From Patescibacteria group bacterium (GTDB taxonomy: Bacteria > Patescibacteriota > Microgenomatia > Levybacterales > UBA12049): a stretch of 64,000 nucleotides of DNA. Below the pieces are notes generated by a model. The model saw nothing but the letters and a program-made list of their open reading frames with translations, was not told the DNA's origin and made no database searches. Positions 1 to 10,405 of the stretch are shown here, in pieces (the stretch's first letter is position 1; each line of letters opens with the position of its first letter). The position numbers and the translations under genes are program-made. The stretch is from contig JAMDAA010000018.1 of NCBI GenBank assembly GCA_023484045.1, forward strand, positions 4 through 64,003, written 5' to 3'.

Positions 1-269
1 GGGACATGAGGAGACACGGGGAATTTTAGCATTTGCAAAAAATGTATATCTGTCCTTGATTTGTTATGCTCTCAAGCTCTTTGACATTGCTATATCAATC
101 TAATGGGAGTATTGCACCAGACTCGTAATTGTCAATATATATGTAAATATATATGTCAACCTTGCAATATCCCAAAATACAGAATAAACTTAATGATAAG
201 GGGAAATGTGTTCCCCGAAGTTTAAAAAAAGAGGGGGGGGCCTGCCCCCCGAAGCTTTAGCGAAGGGGG

Positions 270-470
270 GTGAGAAAAATGTATAAACAAATTTATAATT
301 ACTTTAAAAAACACCCGATGTATAATTCTCTCGTACATGTTACGATCGGCGTTGGGATCGGAATTTTAATAACCTATCCTTTTATCGGAGCGCATCCGTT
401 AAGATGGGGAGGAATAATACTTTTAATCGGAATTATTGGACATATCTATCCGGTTTTCCTGAAAAAATAG
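270..470 (+). CDS. hypothetical small membrane protein (66 aa, 2 predicted TM helices)
   Basis: ORF track; hydrophobic stretches; no recognisable domain. Confidence 0.3.
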   Translation: MRKMYKQIYNYFKKHPMYNSLVHVTIGVGIGILITYPFIGAHPLRWGGIILLIGIIGHIYPVFLKK

Positions 471-480
471 AAATTAAAAG

Positions 481-936
481 TTAAGAAAACATTTGAGAAA
501 TTCTTAATCCTTCTAATTCTGGATTTTTTAATATAGAAACTATATCGGAGGGTTTTAATGTCGTTTTAATAGTATACCTAAACGGATGTTCCGGTGAACA
601 TTTTCCCGATACCCATCCTACATATGTACCACCTTTTATATCAACATAAGTAACATTACCTTTTCCAATATTTACACGGATAAACTCTCCGTCTGATACA
701 ACCAGACATGGTTCCGTATCTGCTGATCCCGTTATTTTATCAAGTCTTTCTGTAGACAAATAAGCAGCAACAGTAATTTTTCTACCTTTTTCACCGATTC
801 CACTTAAAAATTCACCGATCGAAACGTGACCGATAGCCCTGATTGCCCGATCGCTAAATCTATAAGTCTCAATCTCCGGAATTCCCGTTAATGTTTCCAT
901 TCGGGATAATTTAACACAAAAGATCAAATAAGTCAA
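481..936 (-). CDS. hypothetical protein, possibly MOSC-like beta-barrel domain
   Basis: 151 aa ORF; weak resemblance to MOSC/YiiM-type beta-barrel; not secure. Confidence 0.3.
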   Translation of the reverse strand: MTYLIFCVKLSRMETLTGIPEIETYRFSDRAIRAIGHVSIGEFLSGIGEKGRKITVAAYLSTERLDKITGSADTEPCLVVSDGEFIRVNIGKGNVTYVDIKGGTYVGWVSGKCSPEHPFRYTIKTTLKPSDIVSILKNPELEGLRISQMFS

Positions 937-1000
937 TGCTATAGGTTATTTTAATATGATGTTGACTTGTCCGATATAAACCAATAATATAATATTAGGC

Positions 1001-1882
1001 ATGCAAAATAAAAAAGGCCAGCATTATAAGAGTTTAAAAGACAAGTGGGTCGGAAAACACAGAGAGATTCAGAAAAAATTGTGGTCCAAGCATTCTGAAT
1101 CTTTGAATTGGCTCGCGAATAATTCAAAACAACTTGCAGTCGGATCAGCGGCCGCGCTCGCGCTTATGAAACCGATTTCATCGCCCGCCATCCCGCCGAC
1201 AAACCTTTTAGCGTCGGCCGATCAATACAAAAAAGAAATCGATAAAAATGTTTTCTTTATATCCGATCTCCAAAAAGTTTTACCGCAGAATGTAACTCCG
1301 TTAACGCCCGACCAGGAAAAAAATATTTCCGATATTTTTTCGAGATATTTCGGAATAAAAGCGGTCGGAGAGTTACAGGGCATAAGATTGAATCGAAGTT
1401 ATGGCCTTATCGGCGCTGAACAGCATCTTGCGAGATACCCTGGAGACAATATGAGTGTGCATTTTGACACTGAAGATGAAGCCCGAAGGTACGGGCCGGA
1501 GGGAATGGCACCGGGTTTAGGCGGTTGGGGTTATTTTGCAAATTCTAAATCCGAATTTACCGATGTCGAAAAGGAACGGGAAAAATGGTATATCGCGGTG
1601 CAGACATTCTTCGCACCCGGTTACGAAAGTGATGTAAAAAAATATGTCGATTTTTTCGGGATGCGGAAAATGTTAGTTGTTAATCCTGAAAACGGAAAAG
1701 CGGTCGTCGTTGTGATCGGGGATGCGGGACCGGCTGAATGGACAGGAAAACACTTGGGTGGTTCGCCCGAAGTAATGCAGTATCTTGAGCGCGTTGACGG
1801 CCCGGCCAGAGGACCTGTTTTATACTTTTTTGTCGACGATCCGAACAACAAAATTCCGTTAGGACCTGTTAAAATAAAATAA
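1001..1882 (+). CDS. hypothetical protein with C-terminal double-psi beta-barrel (3D/RlpA-like) motif
   Basis: C-terminal 'AVVVVIGDAGPAEWTGKHLGGSPEVMQYL' resembles 3D/DPBB domains of cell-wall lytic proteins. Confidence 0.4.
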   Translation: MQNKKGQHYKSLKDKWVGKHREIQKKLWSKHSESLNWLANNSKQLAVGSAAALALMKPISSPAIPPTNLLASADQYKKEIDKNVFFISDLQKVLPQNVTPLTPDQEKNISDIFSRYFGIKAVGELQGIRLNRSYGLIGAEQHLARYPGDNMSVHFDTEDEARRYGPEGMAPGLGGWGYFANSKSEFTDVEKEREKWYIAVQTFFAPGYESDVKKYVDFFGMRKMLVVNPENGKAVVVVIGDAGPAEWTGKHLGGSPEVMQYLERVDGPARGPVLYFFVDDPNNKIPLGPVKIK

Positions 1883-1885
1883 AAT

Positions 1886-2221
1886 ATGAAAAAGAAAAAA
1901 CATTTTTACAGCGACCTTGTCGAAATCGAATCATTAATTATTGAATTGAACGATTTGGACCTGGAAGAAGGGGAGAAAAAACATCTGGTCGAACTCGCGG
2001 AAAGCAATTTGCACCACGCTATAATCGGTTGTGTTTTATCGGAATTAAACGAAGACGAAAAAAAAGTTTTTTTAGCCCACCTGGGCTCTGACGATCATGA
2101 TCGAATCTGGAAATTACTGAGCGAAAGGGTCGAAAACATCCAAGAGAAAATTAAAAAAACGGCCGAAGCCTTAAAAGACGAGCTCAAGAAAGACATCAAA
2201 GAAATTAAAAAATTAAAATAA
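1886..2221 (+). CDS. hypothetical acidic/Lys-rich small protein
   Basis: 111 aa ORF tightly following previous gene; no recognisable domain. Confidence 0.3.
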   Translation: MKKKKHFYSDLVEIESLIIELNDLDLEEGEKKHLVELAESNLHHAIIGCVLSELNEDEKKVFLAHLGSDDHDRIWKLLSERVENIQEKIKKTAEALKDELKKDIKEIKKLK

Positions 2222-2761
2222 GTGTTCGATCAAAATTTTAATTCCGATTCCGATTAAAATTATCCCGCCGATAATTTCTGTCTTATCTTCGGACACGGAT
2301 GAAAGTTTTTCACCCAGCCAAAAGCCGATAAAACAAAGCAAAAAAGTTACAAAACCGATCACGGAAACCGATATTAAAAGCGGAACTTTTAAAAATTCAA
2401 GGGTTATTCCGGTAATAAGCGCATCGATACTCGTTGCTAACGACATTAAAAATAACATTTTATAATCCAACAAATTTATTTTTTTCTTATTTTTATTTTT
2501 GACAGAATTATAGATCATCTTTAAACCGACAGAAGAAAGAAGAAAAAAAGCGACCCAATGATCATAAGGTCCGATAAATTTATTTAAGCTCTCACCGATA
2601 AACCAACCGATAAGAGGCATAATAGCCTGAAAAAAACCGAAGAAAAAAGCGATTCTGATAACGTGGTGTATTTTGGGTGACTTTACGGCTGCGCCGCCCG
2701 CGATGCTTAAACTAAACGAATCCATCGAAAGACCGATGGCGATAAAAAATAATGACAACAT
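2213..2761 (-). CDS. mntP: manganese efflux pump MntP family membrane protein
   Basis: N-terminal 'GLSMDSFSLSIAGG' and C-terminal 'IIGGIILIGIGIKIL' match the MntP/YebN duplicated motifs; 6 TM helices. Confidence 0.8.
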   Translation of the reverse strand: MLSLFFIAIGLSMDSFSLSIAGGAAVKSPKIHHVIRIAFFFGFFQAIMPLIGWFIGESLNKFIGPYDHWVAFFLLSSVGLKMIYNSVKNKNKKKINLLDYKMLFLMSLATSIDALITGITLEFLKVPLLISVSVIGFVTFLLCFIGFWLGEKLSSVSEDKTEIIGGIILIGIGIKILIEHLF

Positions 2762-2763
2762 TT

Positions 2764-4071
2764 TTAATCTTTTTTATTTCCCCACACGGACTCGATTTTC
2801 TTAAGCGCTAAAATGTAGGACGCCTCACGGAGTGTAACCTTGAACTTTTTACTGGTTTCAAAAACGTTATCGACCGCTTTTTCCATTTTTTGCTTTAACT
2901 TTTTGAATACCTCATCTTTACTCCATTTTTCGTTATGAAGATTTTGATACCATTCAAAGTAGCTTACCGCGACTCCGCCCGAATTAGCCAGAATATCGGG
3001 AATTACTGTAATTCCTTTTTTAGACAAAATTTCATCGGCTTCTAAAGTTGTCGGACCGTTTGCCATCTCAAAAACTATTTTTGCCTGAATTTTGTCCGCG
3101 TTTTCTTTTGTTATAACGTTCTCAAGTGCCGCGGGAATAAGAATGTCTACCGGAAGCTCGAGTAATTCTTTCGGAGAAATATCTTTTCCCCCTCGTTTCT
3201 CGCGGTTATTTATATCGCATACCGAACCTACACAATAACAGCCTGCCAAGAATCCTTTCGATTCTTTATATTTCTCCAGATTTTCTATGTCTGATATTCC
3301 GTCCGGAATATAAATTCCGCCCTTTGAATCGGAAACCGCGACTATTTTAAAACCGTTGCTTTGGAGAAAAGAGGCGATATAACGCCCGACGTTGCCAAAG
3401 CCAGAAACAGCAACCGTCGGATTTTTTTTGTCAAATTCCAGTTTTTTAAGTGCTGCGGCAAGCGCGTACATTCCGCCCATTCCGGTCGCTTCTTTGCGGC
3501 CCTCTGATCCGCCTTTTTCAACCGGTTTCCCCGTAACGACTGCTAAGGCATCTTTACCGTTTAATTTCGAGTATTCGTCCGCGATCCACGCCATAATTTT
3601 GGAATTTGTGTTAACGTCGGGCGCCGGAACGTCTTTATGGGGCCCGATCACGTCTTTTATTCTCTTTGTAAAAAGCCTTGTTAATTTTTCGAGTTCTCCT
3701 TCTGACAAAGTTTTTGGATCGACCTTGATTCCGCCTTTCCCGCCGCCGAACGGAACATCGATCAGGGCGTTTTTCATCGTCATCCAAAAAGCCAAAGCTT
3801 TTATTTCATCCAAGTTTACATTTTTATGATACCTGATTCCGCCTTTATACGGACCCAAAATATTATTGTGCTGAACTCTAAAACCTTTAAAAATTTTTAT
3901 TTCGCCGTTGTCCATTTTTAAGGGAAGCGAAACCTCGACGATTCTGTCCGGCGCTTTTAGCACCGAAAAAAGCATCACGTTAAGCGATATTTTTTCGCCG
4001 ATCGTTTTTAATTCATTTAGCGATCTTTTCCAGGGATTATTATTATTTTCCATAGCAAAATATTTTACCAC
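2764..4071 (-). CDS. gdhA: glutamate dehydrogenase (Glu/Leu/Phe/Val dehydrogenase family)
   Basis: 'KGGIRYH', 'PFGGGKGG' and 'GFGNVG' Rossmann motifs, 435 aa. Confidence 0.9.
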   Translation of the reverse strand: MVKYFAMENNNNPWKRSLNELKTIGEKISLNVMLFSVLKAPDRIVEVSLPLKMDNGEIKIFKGFRVQHNNILGPYKGGIRYHKNVNLDEIKALAFWMTMKNALIDVPFGGGKGGIKVDPKTLSEGELEKLTRLFTKRIKDVIGPHKDVPAPDVNTNSKIMAWIADEYSKLNGKDALAVVTGKPVEKGGSEGRKEATGMGGMYALAAALKKLEFDKKNPTVAVSGFGNVGRYIASFLQSNGFKIVAVSDSKGGIYIPDGISDIENLEKYKESKGFLAGCYCVGSVCDINNREKRGGKDISPKELLELPVDILIPAALENVITKENADKIQAKIVFEMANGPTTLEADEILSKKGITVIPDILANSGGVAVSYFEWYQNLHNEKWSKDEVFKKLKQKMEKAVDNVFETSKKFKVTLREASYILALKKIESVWGNKKD

Positions 4072-4091
4072 AAAAAAACCTTAAATCCTAT

Positions 4092-5756
4092 TTAATTCGA
4101 AGGAGTACAGCGAAGCGTCGGGTCTTGACCCGTAGCTATACATTGACTCGTTTCAACACAACAGTCGCTTCCGAGCACGCATATGCCGGCATCCGGGATG
4201 CAAACCGGTGTAGGCGTAGGAGTTTGCGTCGGCGTTGAGGTGGGTGTCGGGATCGGAGTATTTGTAGGAGTCGGTGTATTGGTCAGAACAGGTGTGTTCG
4301 TAGGGATCGGGGTAAGCGTTGGTGTATTCGTTGGAGGAGGGGTGTTGCAATAAAACTGCAGACTCGGAGAGAACGGGGAAAATGTGTTGCACGATGTACA
4401 GGTCGAATACGCCCATTGTGCGTAATAACTTTGTCCTTCGCTGAATATAAACCCACTCGTATAGGATTGGGTTCCGGGATTATTCGGATTGGAAGGAGTT
4501 ACTGTGTTATTAACCATCTGGTTTCCGCCGCCCGACGTTCCAACCGTAAACGCAAATTGTTGAGCACTTTTAATAACGGAATTATTATTATATAAAAACT
4601 GCACTTGCCATAAGCCGTTGCTTTTACCGACGCACGTGTTTGTCATGCTGTTTGCGGGCGGGACCGGCGGAACGTTCTGCGCGTTAATCGTTAAAATTTC
4701 GTTAACCGCAGGCGCCGCGACGGTTATTATTTGAGACGAGGTCGTGGTGTTTCCGTTTGTTATTAAATAAGCTTGTATATCGTATGTAACTCCGTTTGTC
4801 GCCTGATTCCAATTCCAGGAAACGTCATCTGCGACCGGAATCCCGCTTAATACCGTATTGAACTGAGATGTTCCACTCTGGCGCGTCGCGATCGAATAAG
4901 TGCTATTTTGCGGGATAATTCCGTTATGGTCTATCGTCCCTGAAATCGAAACTAATGTCGGTCCTCCGGGCGGAACGGCGGTTGAATTTATTCTTAATGT
5001 TTCATTGTATGCCGGCGCCGCTGTTGTTAAAATTTTGGATTGGGAGATCGTCGCATTGTTTAAAATAAGATAAGCCTGAACATCATAGGTTGCACCACTA
5101 TCTGCTTCGTTCCAGCTCCAGGTAATACCGTCTTTTGCGGAAAGACTGCTTACAATCGGGTTAAACTGGGACACGCCGCTTTTTCTCGCCGATATATTAA
5201 TCGTTGCTCCAACCGGCACATATCCGTTTAAATCGATCGATCCGGAAAGTGTCGACTTTTGCGGCTTCTGGGGAGTCGCCTTAGAATTAATTCTTATAAC
5301 CTCACTGTCTGCCGGAGCGACGATTATTTGAGAGTCTGACTGTCCGATTTTATTCCCATTTTGCATTAAAAAACCTTGAATTTCGTACGCGACGCCCGAC
5401 TGAGATCCATCCCAACTCCAAACCGCGCCGTCGATCGGGGAAATATTTGTGATAACCGTGTTGAAATTTGACTCGCCGACTTTTCGCGCGAGAACCGAAA
5501 TCGTGGAATCACTCGGCGCGACCCCGTTAAAATCGATCGTACCCGAAATCGAAGATAAACCGATCGATTCCGATCCGCCCGAAGAACTATTTTTGTTATT
5601 TCTGTTTTGAAAATAAAAAATTCCGAAGACAAGCTGTATCAGTATAAGCACGAAAACCGCGATACCGATCACAGTTATATATTTTTGGTTCACACCAGCA
5701 CTACCAGAATTTTCGTCCATTAATAAAAGTATTAATCCAAAAACATGTTTTGTCAA
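4092..5756 (-). CDS. cell-surface protein with four ~90-aa tandem Ig-like repeats, Pro/Thr linker and Cys-rich C-terminal knot
   Basis: N-terminal TM/signal; repeat unit 'SISGTIDxNG..P..ST.S..ARK.G.SQFN.V.S......WSW...' x4; '[24 protein letters not shown]' linker; C-terminal '[21 protein letters not shown]'. Confidence 0.6.
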   Translation of the reverse strand: MTKHVFGLILLLMDENSGSAGVNQKYITVIGIAVFVLILIQLVFGIFYFQNRNNKNSSSGGSESIGLSSISGTIDFNGVAPSDSTISVLARKVGESNFNTVITNISPIDGAVWSWDGSQSGVAYEIQGFLMQNGNKIGQSDSQIIVAPADSEVIRINSKATPQKPQKSTLSGSIDLNGYVPVGATINISARKSGVSQFNPIVSSLSAKDGITWSWNEADSGATYDVQAYLILNNATISQSKILTTAAPAYNETLRINSTAVPPGGPTLVSISGTIDHNGIIPQNSTYSIATRQSGTSQFNTVLSGIPVADDVSWNWNQATNGVTYDIQAYLITNGNTTTSSQIITVAAPAVNEILTINAQNVPPVPPANSMTNTCVGKSNGLWQVQFLYNNNSVIKSAQQFAFTVGTSGGGNQMVNNTVTPSNPNNPGTQSYTSGFIFSEGQSYYAQWAYSTCTSCNTFSPFSPSLQFYCNTPPPTNTPTLTPIPTNTPVLTNTPTPTNTPIPTPTSTPTQTPTPTPVCIPDAGICVLGSDCCVETSQCIATGQDPTLRCTPSN

Positions 5757-5774
5757 TAAAGACTATTTCATGCT

Positions 5775-6546
5775 ACACCCTCCAGGTGTTATGACTTTAC
5801 ACCTATTCTTACCCAATTCCTACTCTAGAGTTAAATGTTTAACGTGCTCTAATTCTTTTGCGTAGCTAATTTGATCCATAACAAACCTCTTATAATCTAT
5901 GTTTGACTTAAACATTCTCAATACCAATTCTTTTTCTGCTATATTTTCGTTTAATAAAGAAATATATTCCGGATATGAGGACCAGAGATAACTATCAAGT
6001 TGCTCTATTTTTATAATACTAGAAACTACTGGATTTAAATGAATATAACGAGATAAATGAATCAGTTGCTCATCGCTTTCCACATAGACTGCTTTAAAAG
6101 TTCCTTCAAATAATGGTCCAGCCCTTTGAATCTTAGTATTGAAATACCTCGTGTACGCATTTGTAAAATTTGCCACGAAAGTGGTTATTCCTTTATCTAC
6201 GTTTTGTTTTAATATAAAATGAAAATGGTTAGGCATTAAACAATAGCTTAATATATCAACCAATTTTTCGCTTTTATATAGTTTTTCCAACATATTCTTT
6301 TTTGCCTCTTCTGGTTGTTGGATTAATTGAGAAAATCTTATTGGAATATCTTTATGCCTATAAAATTTAATAAGTTTTTGAGCTCTGTCAAATTCTCTTT
6401 TATTACTAAAGATAGATTTTCTTTCTATGCCTCGATTAAATATGTGGTAAATTTCTGCATTTCTAAATACTAACTTTCTGTTTGTTGCCATAAAATAATA
6501 ATAAAGGGGAAAAGAAGACGTGTCAAGCTAAAACACCCTAAGGGTG
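5775..6546 (-). mobile_element. REP-like palindrome / RAYT-like transposase / REP-like palindrome unit
   Basis: ACACC-CTCCA-GGTGT at 5775..5789 and ACACCC-TAA-GGGTG at 6533..6546 bracket the transposase gene. Confidence 0.55.
5820..6491 (-). CDS. IS200-like Y1 (HUH) transposase, RAYT-like
   Basis: HUH motif 'MPNHFHFIL' and catalytic-Tyr region 'SRYIHLNPV'; paralog at 32579..33244. Confidence 0.75.
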   Translation of the reverse strand: MATNRKLVFRNAEIYHIFNRGIERKSIFSNKREFDRAQKLIKFYRHKDIPIRFSQLIQQPEEAKKNMLEKLYKSEKLVDILSYCLMPNHFHFILKQNVDKGITTFVANFTNAYTRYFNTKIQRAGPLFEGTFKAVYVESDEQLIHLSRYIHLNPVVSSIIKIEQLDSYLWSSYPEYISLLNENIAEKELVLRMFKSNIDYKRFVMDQISYAKELEHVKHLTLE

Positions 6547-6632
6547 ATAAAAGTATTTTTGCTTATAAATCATTGTCTTATTTTTGGTATAATTGGGTAT
6601 AATTGTGTTACCGCTTGAGGCGGTTTTTTATT

Positions 6633-8477
6633 ATGACAGATATACGAAACGTTGCGATTATAGCGCACGTCGACCACGGAAAAACAACGCTCGTCGACGC
6701 GCTTTTAAAGCAATCTAAAACAAAATTACATAAGGACACGACCGAAACGCTCATTATGGATAGTAATGAGCTCGAACAGGAGCGGGGAATTACAATTTTT
6801 TCCAAAAACGCCTCTGTTGTCTGGAATCCTTCGTCCGGCTCAGCCGGATCAGGACAAGTTATAAAGATAAATATTATCGACACTCCGGGTCACGCCGATT
6901 TCGGCGGGGAAGTCGAAAGGGTCTTAAAAATGGCCGACGGATGTCTTTTGTTAATCGACGCTAAAGAAGGACCGATGCCAAGAACCCGGTTTGTTTTGAA
7001 AAAGGCGCTCGAGATGAAACTTAAAATCATCGTCGTTATAAATAAAATTGACCGGCCCGATGCGAGAATTCCTTATGTGTTGGATAAAACCCTCGATTTA
7101 TTTTTTGAACTCGGTGCAGACGACACGACTGCTGATTTTCCGATCGTTTACGCAAGCGCAAAAATGGGAGTCGCCGGTCTTGATGAGAATATAAATGAAA
7201 TGGAAGATATTTCTCCTGTTTTTAACGCTATTATAGAACACATTCCCAGACCCTCCGGAGATATTAATAAACCTTTACAAATGATGGTCGCGTCGATCGG
7301 AAGCGATCTACATAAAGGAAGGATCGCGATCGGACGAATCTACAACGGTAGTATCAAAAACGGGCAGGAAATCATGTATATAAATAGAACCGGACACAGA
7401 GAAAAATACAAATTAACATCTCTAATGACGTATCAGGGACTCGATCGGGTCGAAACACAGGATGCGCCCGTCGGAGATATCGTGGCAGTAACCGGAATTC
7501 CCGATGCGACTATCGGAGAAACAATCGCAGACAGCATAAATCCTATTGCTTTACCCGTTATCGATATCGAGGAACCGACGATGCAGATAAAATTTATCGT
7601 TAATGATTCCCCGTTTGCCGGAAGGGAAGGGGAATTTAAAACCGGAAGAGAAATCAGGGCAAGATTGTATAAAGAACTTGAAACCGATGTCGCGCTAAGA
7701 GTCGAAGACGATACCGAAGGCGGCGGCTGGATCGTCTCGGGCAGGGGAGAATTACACTTGGCAATACTTATCGAAAGACTAAGACGGGAAGGCTATGAGT
7801 TCCAGGTCGGACGGCCAAAAGTTATCGATAAAGCCGTAGGCGGTGAAAAATTGACGCCTTATGAACGCGTGTTTATCGAGGTTCCCGAAGAATTTAGCGG
7901 AATCGTCATGCAGAAAATGGGCGCAAGGCACGCCGAGCTTCAGGATATGAAAGCCGACGGCAGTATTACATATATGGAATTTATCTCCGCGACAAAAACA
8001 TTGTTTGGATACAGAAGCGAATTTACAACCGACACACGGGGCTTGGGAATTATGAATATAAGTTTTTATAAATACGACGTTGATAAAGGTTTTACGAGTC
8101 AAAAAGAACAGGGATCGCTCGTTGCCCACGAATCAGGCGTTACAAATCTCTACGGATTAATAAATACCCAAGGTCGGGGAACTCTTTTTATCGGCCCGGC
8201 TGTTGAAGTTTATAAAGGTGAAGTAATCGGGCAAAACGCGAGAGAAGAAGACATAAAGGTAAACGTGTGTAAAACAAAACAGCTCACCAACAACCGCTCA
8301 AAAGGAGAAGGAGTTTCAGAACATTTTAACACCCCAAAGATCATGGATTTAGAAGACGCACTCGAATACATCGGAGACGATGAGCTGGTCGAAGTTACCC
8401 CAAAAAATATCCGTATCAGAAAAAAAATATTAGACGAGATCGAAGAAAGGAGAAAAAGATCCCAGGGAATCCGATAA
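6633..8477 (+). CDS. typA: translational GTPase TypA/BipA
   Basis: '[17 protein letters not shown]', '[17 protein letters not shown]' and EF-G-like C-terminal domains; start placed at MTDIRN (6633) rather than the ORF-track start. Confidence 0.9.
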   Translation: MTDIRNVAIIAHVDHGKTTLVDALLKQSKTKLHKDTTETLIMDSNELEQERGITIFSKNASVVWNPSSGSAGSGQVIKINIIDTPGHADFGGEVERVLKMADGCLLLIDAKEGPMPRTRFVLKKALEMKLKIIVVINKIDRPDARIPYVLDKTLDLFFELGADDTTADFPIVYASAKMGVAGLDENINEMEDISPVFNAIIEHIPRPSGDINKPLQMMVASIGSDLHKGRIAIGRIYNGSIKNGQEIMYINRTGHREKYKLTSLMTYQGLDRVETQDAPVGDIVAVTGIPDATIGETIADSINPIALPVIDIEEPTMQIKFIVNDSPFAGREGEFKTGREIRARLYKELETDVALRVEDDTEGGGWIVSGRGELHLAILIERLRREGYEFQVGRPKVIDKAVGGEKLTPYERVFIEVPEEFSGIVMQKMGARHAELQDMKADGSITYMEFISATKTLFGYRSEFTTDTRGLGIMNISFYKYDVDKGFTSQKEQGSLVAHESGVTNLYGLINTQGRGTLFIGPAVEVYKGEVIGQNAREEDIKVNVCKTKQLTNNRSKGEGVSEHFNTPKIMDLEDALEYIGDDELVEVTPKNIRIRKKILDEIEERRKRSQGIR

Positions 8478-8484
8478 ATAAATC

Positions 8485-9663
8485 TTATTCAACAAAAGTC
8501 AACGCGACGCCTTTTTTGTTTACCCGGCCTGTTCTTCCGATTCTATGAATGTAGTCCTCGTAAGTTGCGGGCATGTCGTAATTAATAACGTGGCTAACAT
8601 TTTCGATATCCAAACCGCGCGACGCTACGTCCGTCGCCAAAAGTATCTTAATTTCGTCTTTTTTAAATTTATCAAGCGTCTTTTGTCTCTGGTTCTGATT
8701 TTTATTTCCGTGAATCGCCCCCGCCTTAAAACCCCTCTTGACAAGCTCGTTTGTGAGCCGTTGAATTCCCCATTTTGTCCTGCCAAAAATAAGAACTTTA
8801 TTAAAACCTTCTTTTATTAATAAATCGTGCAGTTGATCCACTTTTTTATGCTTGTCCAAAACTTTAACCACGCCTTGATCGATATTTTCGGTTATATCCT
8901 GCTCCTTAACAGAAACCGTAACCGGATCGTTAACAAATCCTCGGATAATTTCTTTAACTTTTTGCGAAATAGTCGCAGAGAAAAAAAGCGATTGACGGTC
9001 ACTTGGAAGAAGAGAAATAAAATATTTAATATCATTAATAAAACCGATGTCGACCATGCGGTCTGCCTCGTCGAGAACAACGCTTTTAAATTGCGACAGA
9101 TACAAATTTCTTTTTTGAACAAGGTCTTTTATCCTTCCTGGAGTACCGATAACAAAATTAAAATTCTGTTTTAGTTCGTTTTGCTGTCTTGTCATACTCA
9201 TTCCGCCGATACAAAGAACCGTGCGGATTCCCAAACCCTTTGCGAAACCGCGTAATTCTTCGTATATCTGCAACGCCAATTCACGAGTTGGAGTAACGAT
9301 TAAGACTTTTTCGGTATTGTTGCTAAAAACCTTATTAACAAGAGGAATAAGAAAAGCCGCGGTTTTTCCCGTTCCGGTGTTTGCGATTCCGATTACGTCT
9401 CTTCCGGCAATAATACTTGGGATCGCCTTATCCTGAATCGGCATCGGGGATGTATACCCTTTATATAAAATATTATCCTGTAATTGCTTAACGAGCGGAA
9501 AATCGATAAATCCGTTACTCGGAATATATTGCTCTTCCGCATATACTTCTTTTCCTTTTTTTATGACCTCCACCGAACGGATCTGCCGGGCAAGCGCAAT
9601 ATTTGACTGCGCAGGGCGAAACGGCTTTCTTTTAAATTTTCTGTGAGTATTATATCTGTACAT
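8485..9663 (-). CDS. DEAD-box ATP-dependent RNA helicase
   Basis: Q-motif, 'GTGKTAAF', 'DEAD', 'SAT' and 'HRIGRTGR' motifs. Confidence 0.85.
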   Translation of the reverse strand: MYRYNTHRKFKRKPFRPAQSNIALARQIRSVEVIKKGKEVYAEEQYIPSNGFIDFPLVKQLQDNILYKGYTSPMPIQDKAIPSIIAGRDVIGIANTGTGKTAAFLIPLVNKVFSNNTEKVLIVTPTRELALQIYEELRGFAKGLGIRTVLCIGGMSMTRQQNELKQNFNFVIGTPGRIKDLVQKRNLYLSQFKSVVLDEADRMVDIGFINDIKYFISLLPSDRQSLFFSATISQKVKEIIRGFVNDPVTVSVKEQDITENIDQGVVKVLDKHKKVDQLHDLLIKEGFNKVLIFGRTKWGIQRLTNELVKRGFKAGAIHGNKNQNQRQKTLDKFKKDEIKILLATDVASRGLDIENVSHVINYDMPATYEDYIHRIGRTGRVNKKGVALTFVE

Positions 9664-9964
9664 GATATTTTGAAATGATTAAAGAAACAAAACTGCTTAA
9701 ATAAATGTGGATGTTGTAAGAGGGAAAAGATACCTTTTTAAAAATGAATTTCTGAAGTTATTTATCTTTTGTCTAAACAAAACTGTCCAAAATTAAGCAG
9801 ATTTATTACTTCAATCTGCAAACTAATGATGAGTATAACACAAACGGTAAGTGAAAGCAAATAACTATAGGTTAAATAAGTAAGTAATATTAATAGTCTC
9901 GTAAGGACTTGACAAATGGATAAAAAAAGGTTATAATACCGAACACTTTGATTGACTAACTATT

Positions 9965-10405
9965 ATGGAATCAAATATACACAATAAATTAATCGAAGTC
10001 GTGTTTAAAATATCACGCCTCGCAAGAGGATCCATGAATTTTAATTCGACGAGTTCACACTTAACATTCCTCCAATTACAAACTTTGAGTTTTTTGAAAA
10101 AAAAGGGCAGATCCCAAATGGGAGAAATCGCCGACGAATTTTCAATAACTATGCCTACAGCTACAACACTCTTAGACAAATTAGCCGATATGAAACTCGT
10201 TTCGCGGGAAGAAGATTTAAGAGACAGAAGAATGGTAATCATTTCATTAACTCCGTTTGGAATCAAACTTTTTCGGGAAGCGATGAAAACGCGCGACGAA
10301 AAAATCGAAAAAATGTTGACTTATATAAATTCGTCTGACAAAAAACAATTGCTCCGGATTATGAAACATTTAGTTAAAGTACTTGAAAAAAATTATGAAA
10401 AATAA
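9965..10405 (+). CDS. MarR family transcriptional regulator
   Basis: winged-HTH pattern 'LTFLQLQTLSFL...GEIADEF.ITMPTATTLLDKL...LV.R..D..DRR'. Confidence 0.8.
   Translation: MESNIHNKLIEVVFKISRLARGSMNFNSTSSHLTFLQLQTLSFLKKKGRSQMGEIADEFSITMPTATTLLDKLADMKLVSREEDLRDRRMVIISLTPFGIKLFREAMKTRDEKIEKMLTYINSSDKKQLLRIMKHLVKVLEKNYEK

Noticed and set aside
3392-3829. 145-aa plus-strand ORF inside gdhA
   Set aside because: Antisense shadow ORF within a well-supported gene.
6608-9436. Antisense ORFs inside typA and the DEAD-box helicase (6608..6883, 7779..8129, 8545..9436 set)
   Set aside because: Embedded in strongly supported genes on the opposite strand.
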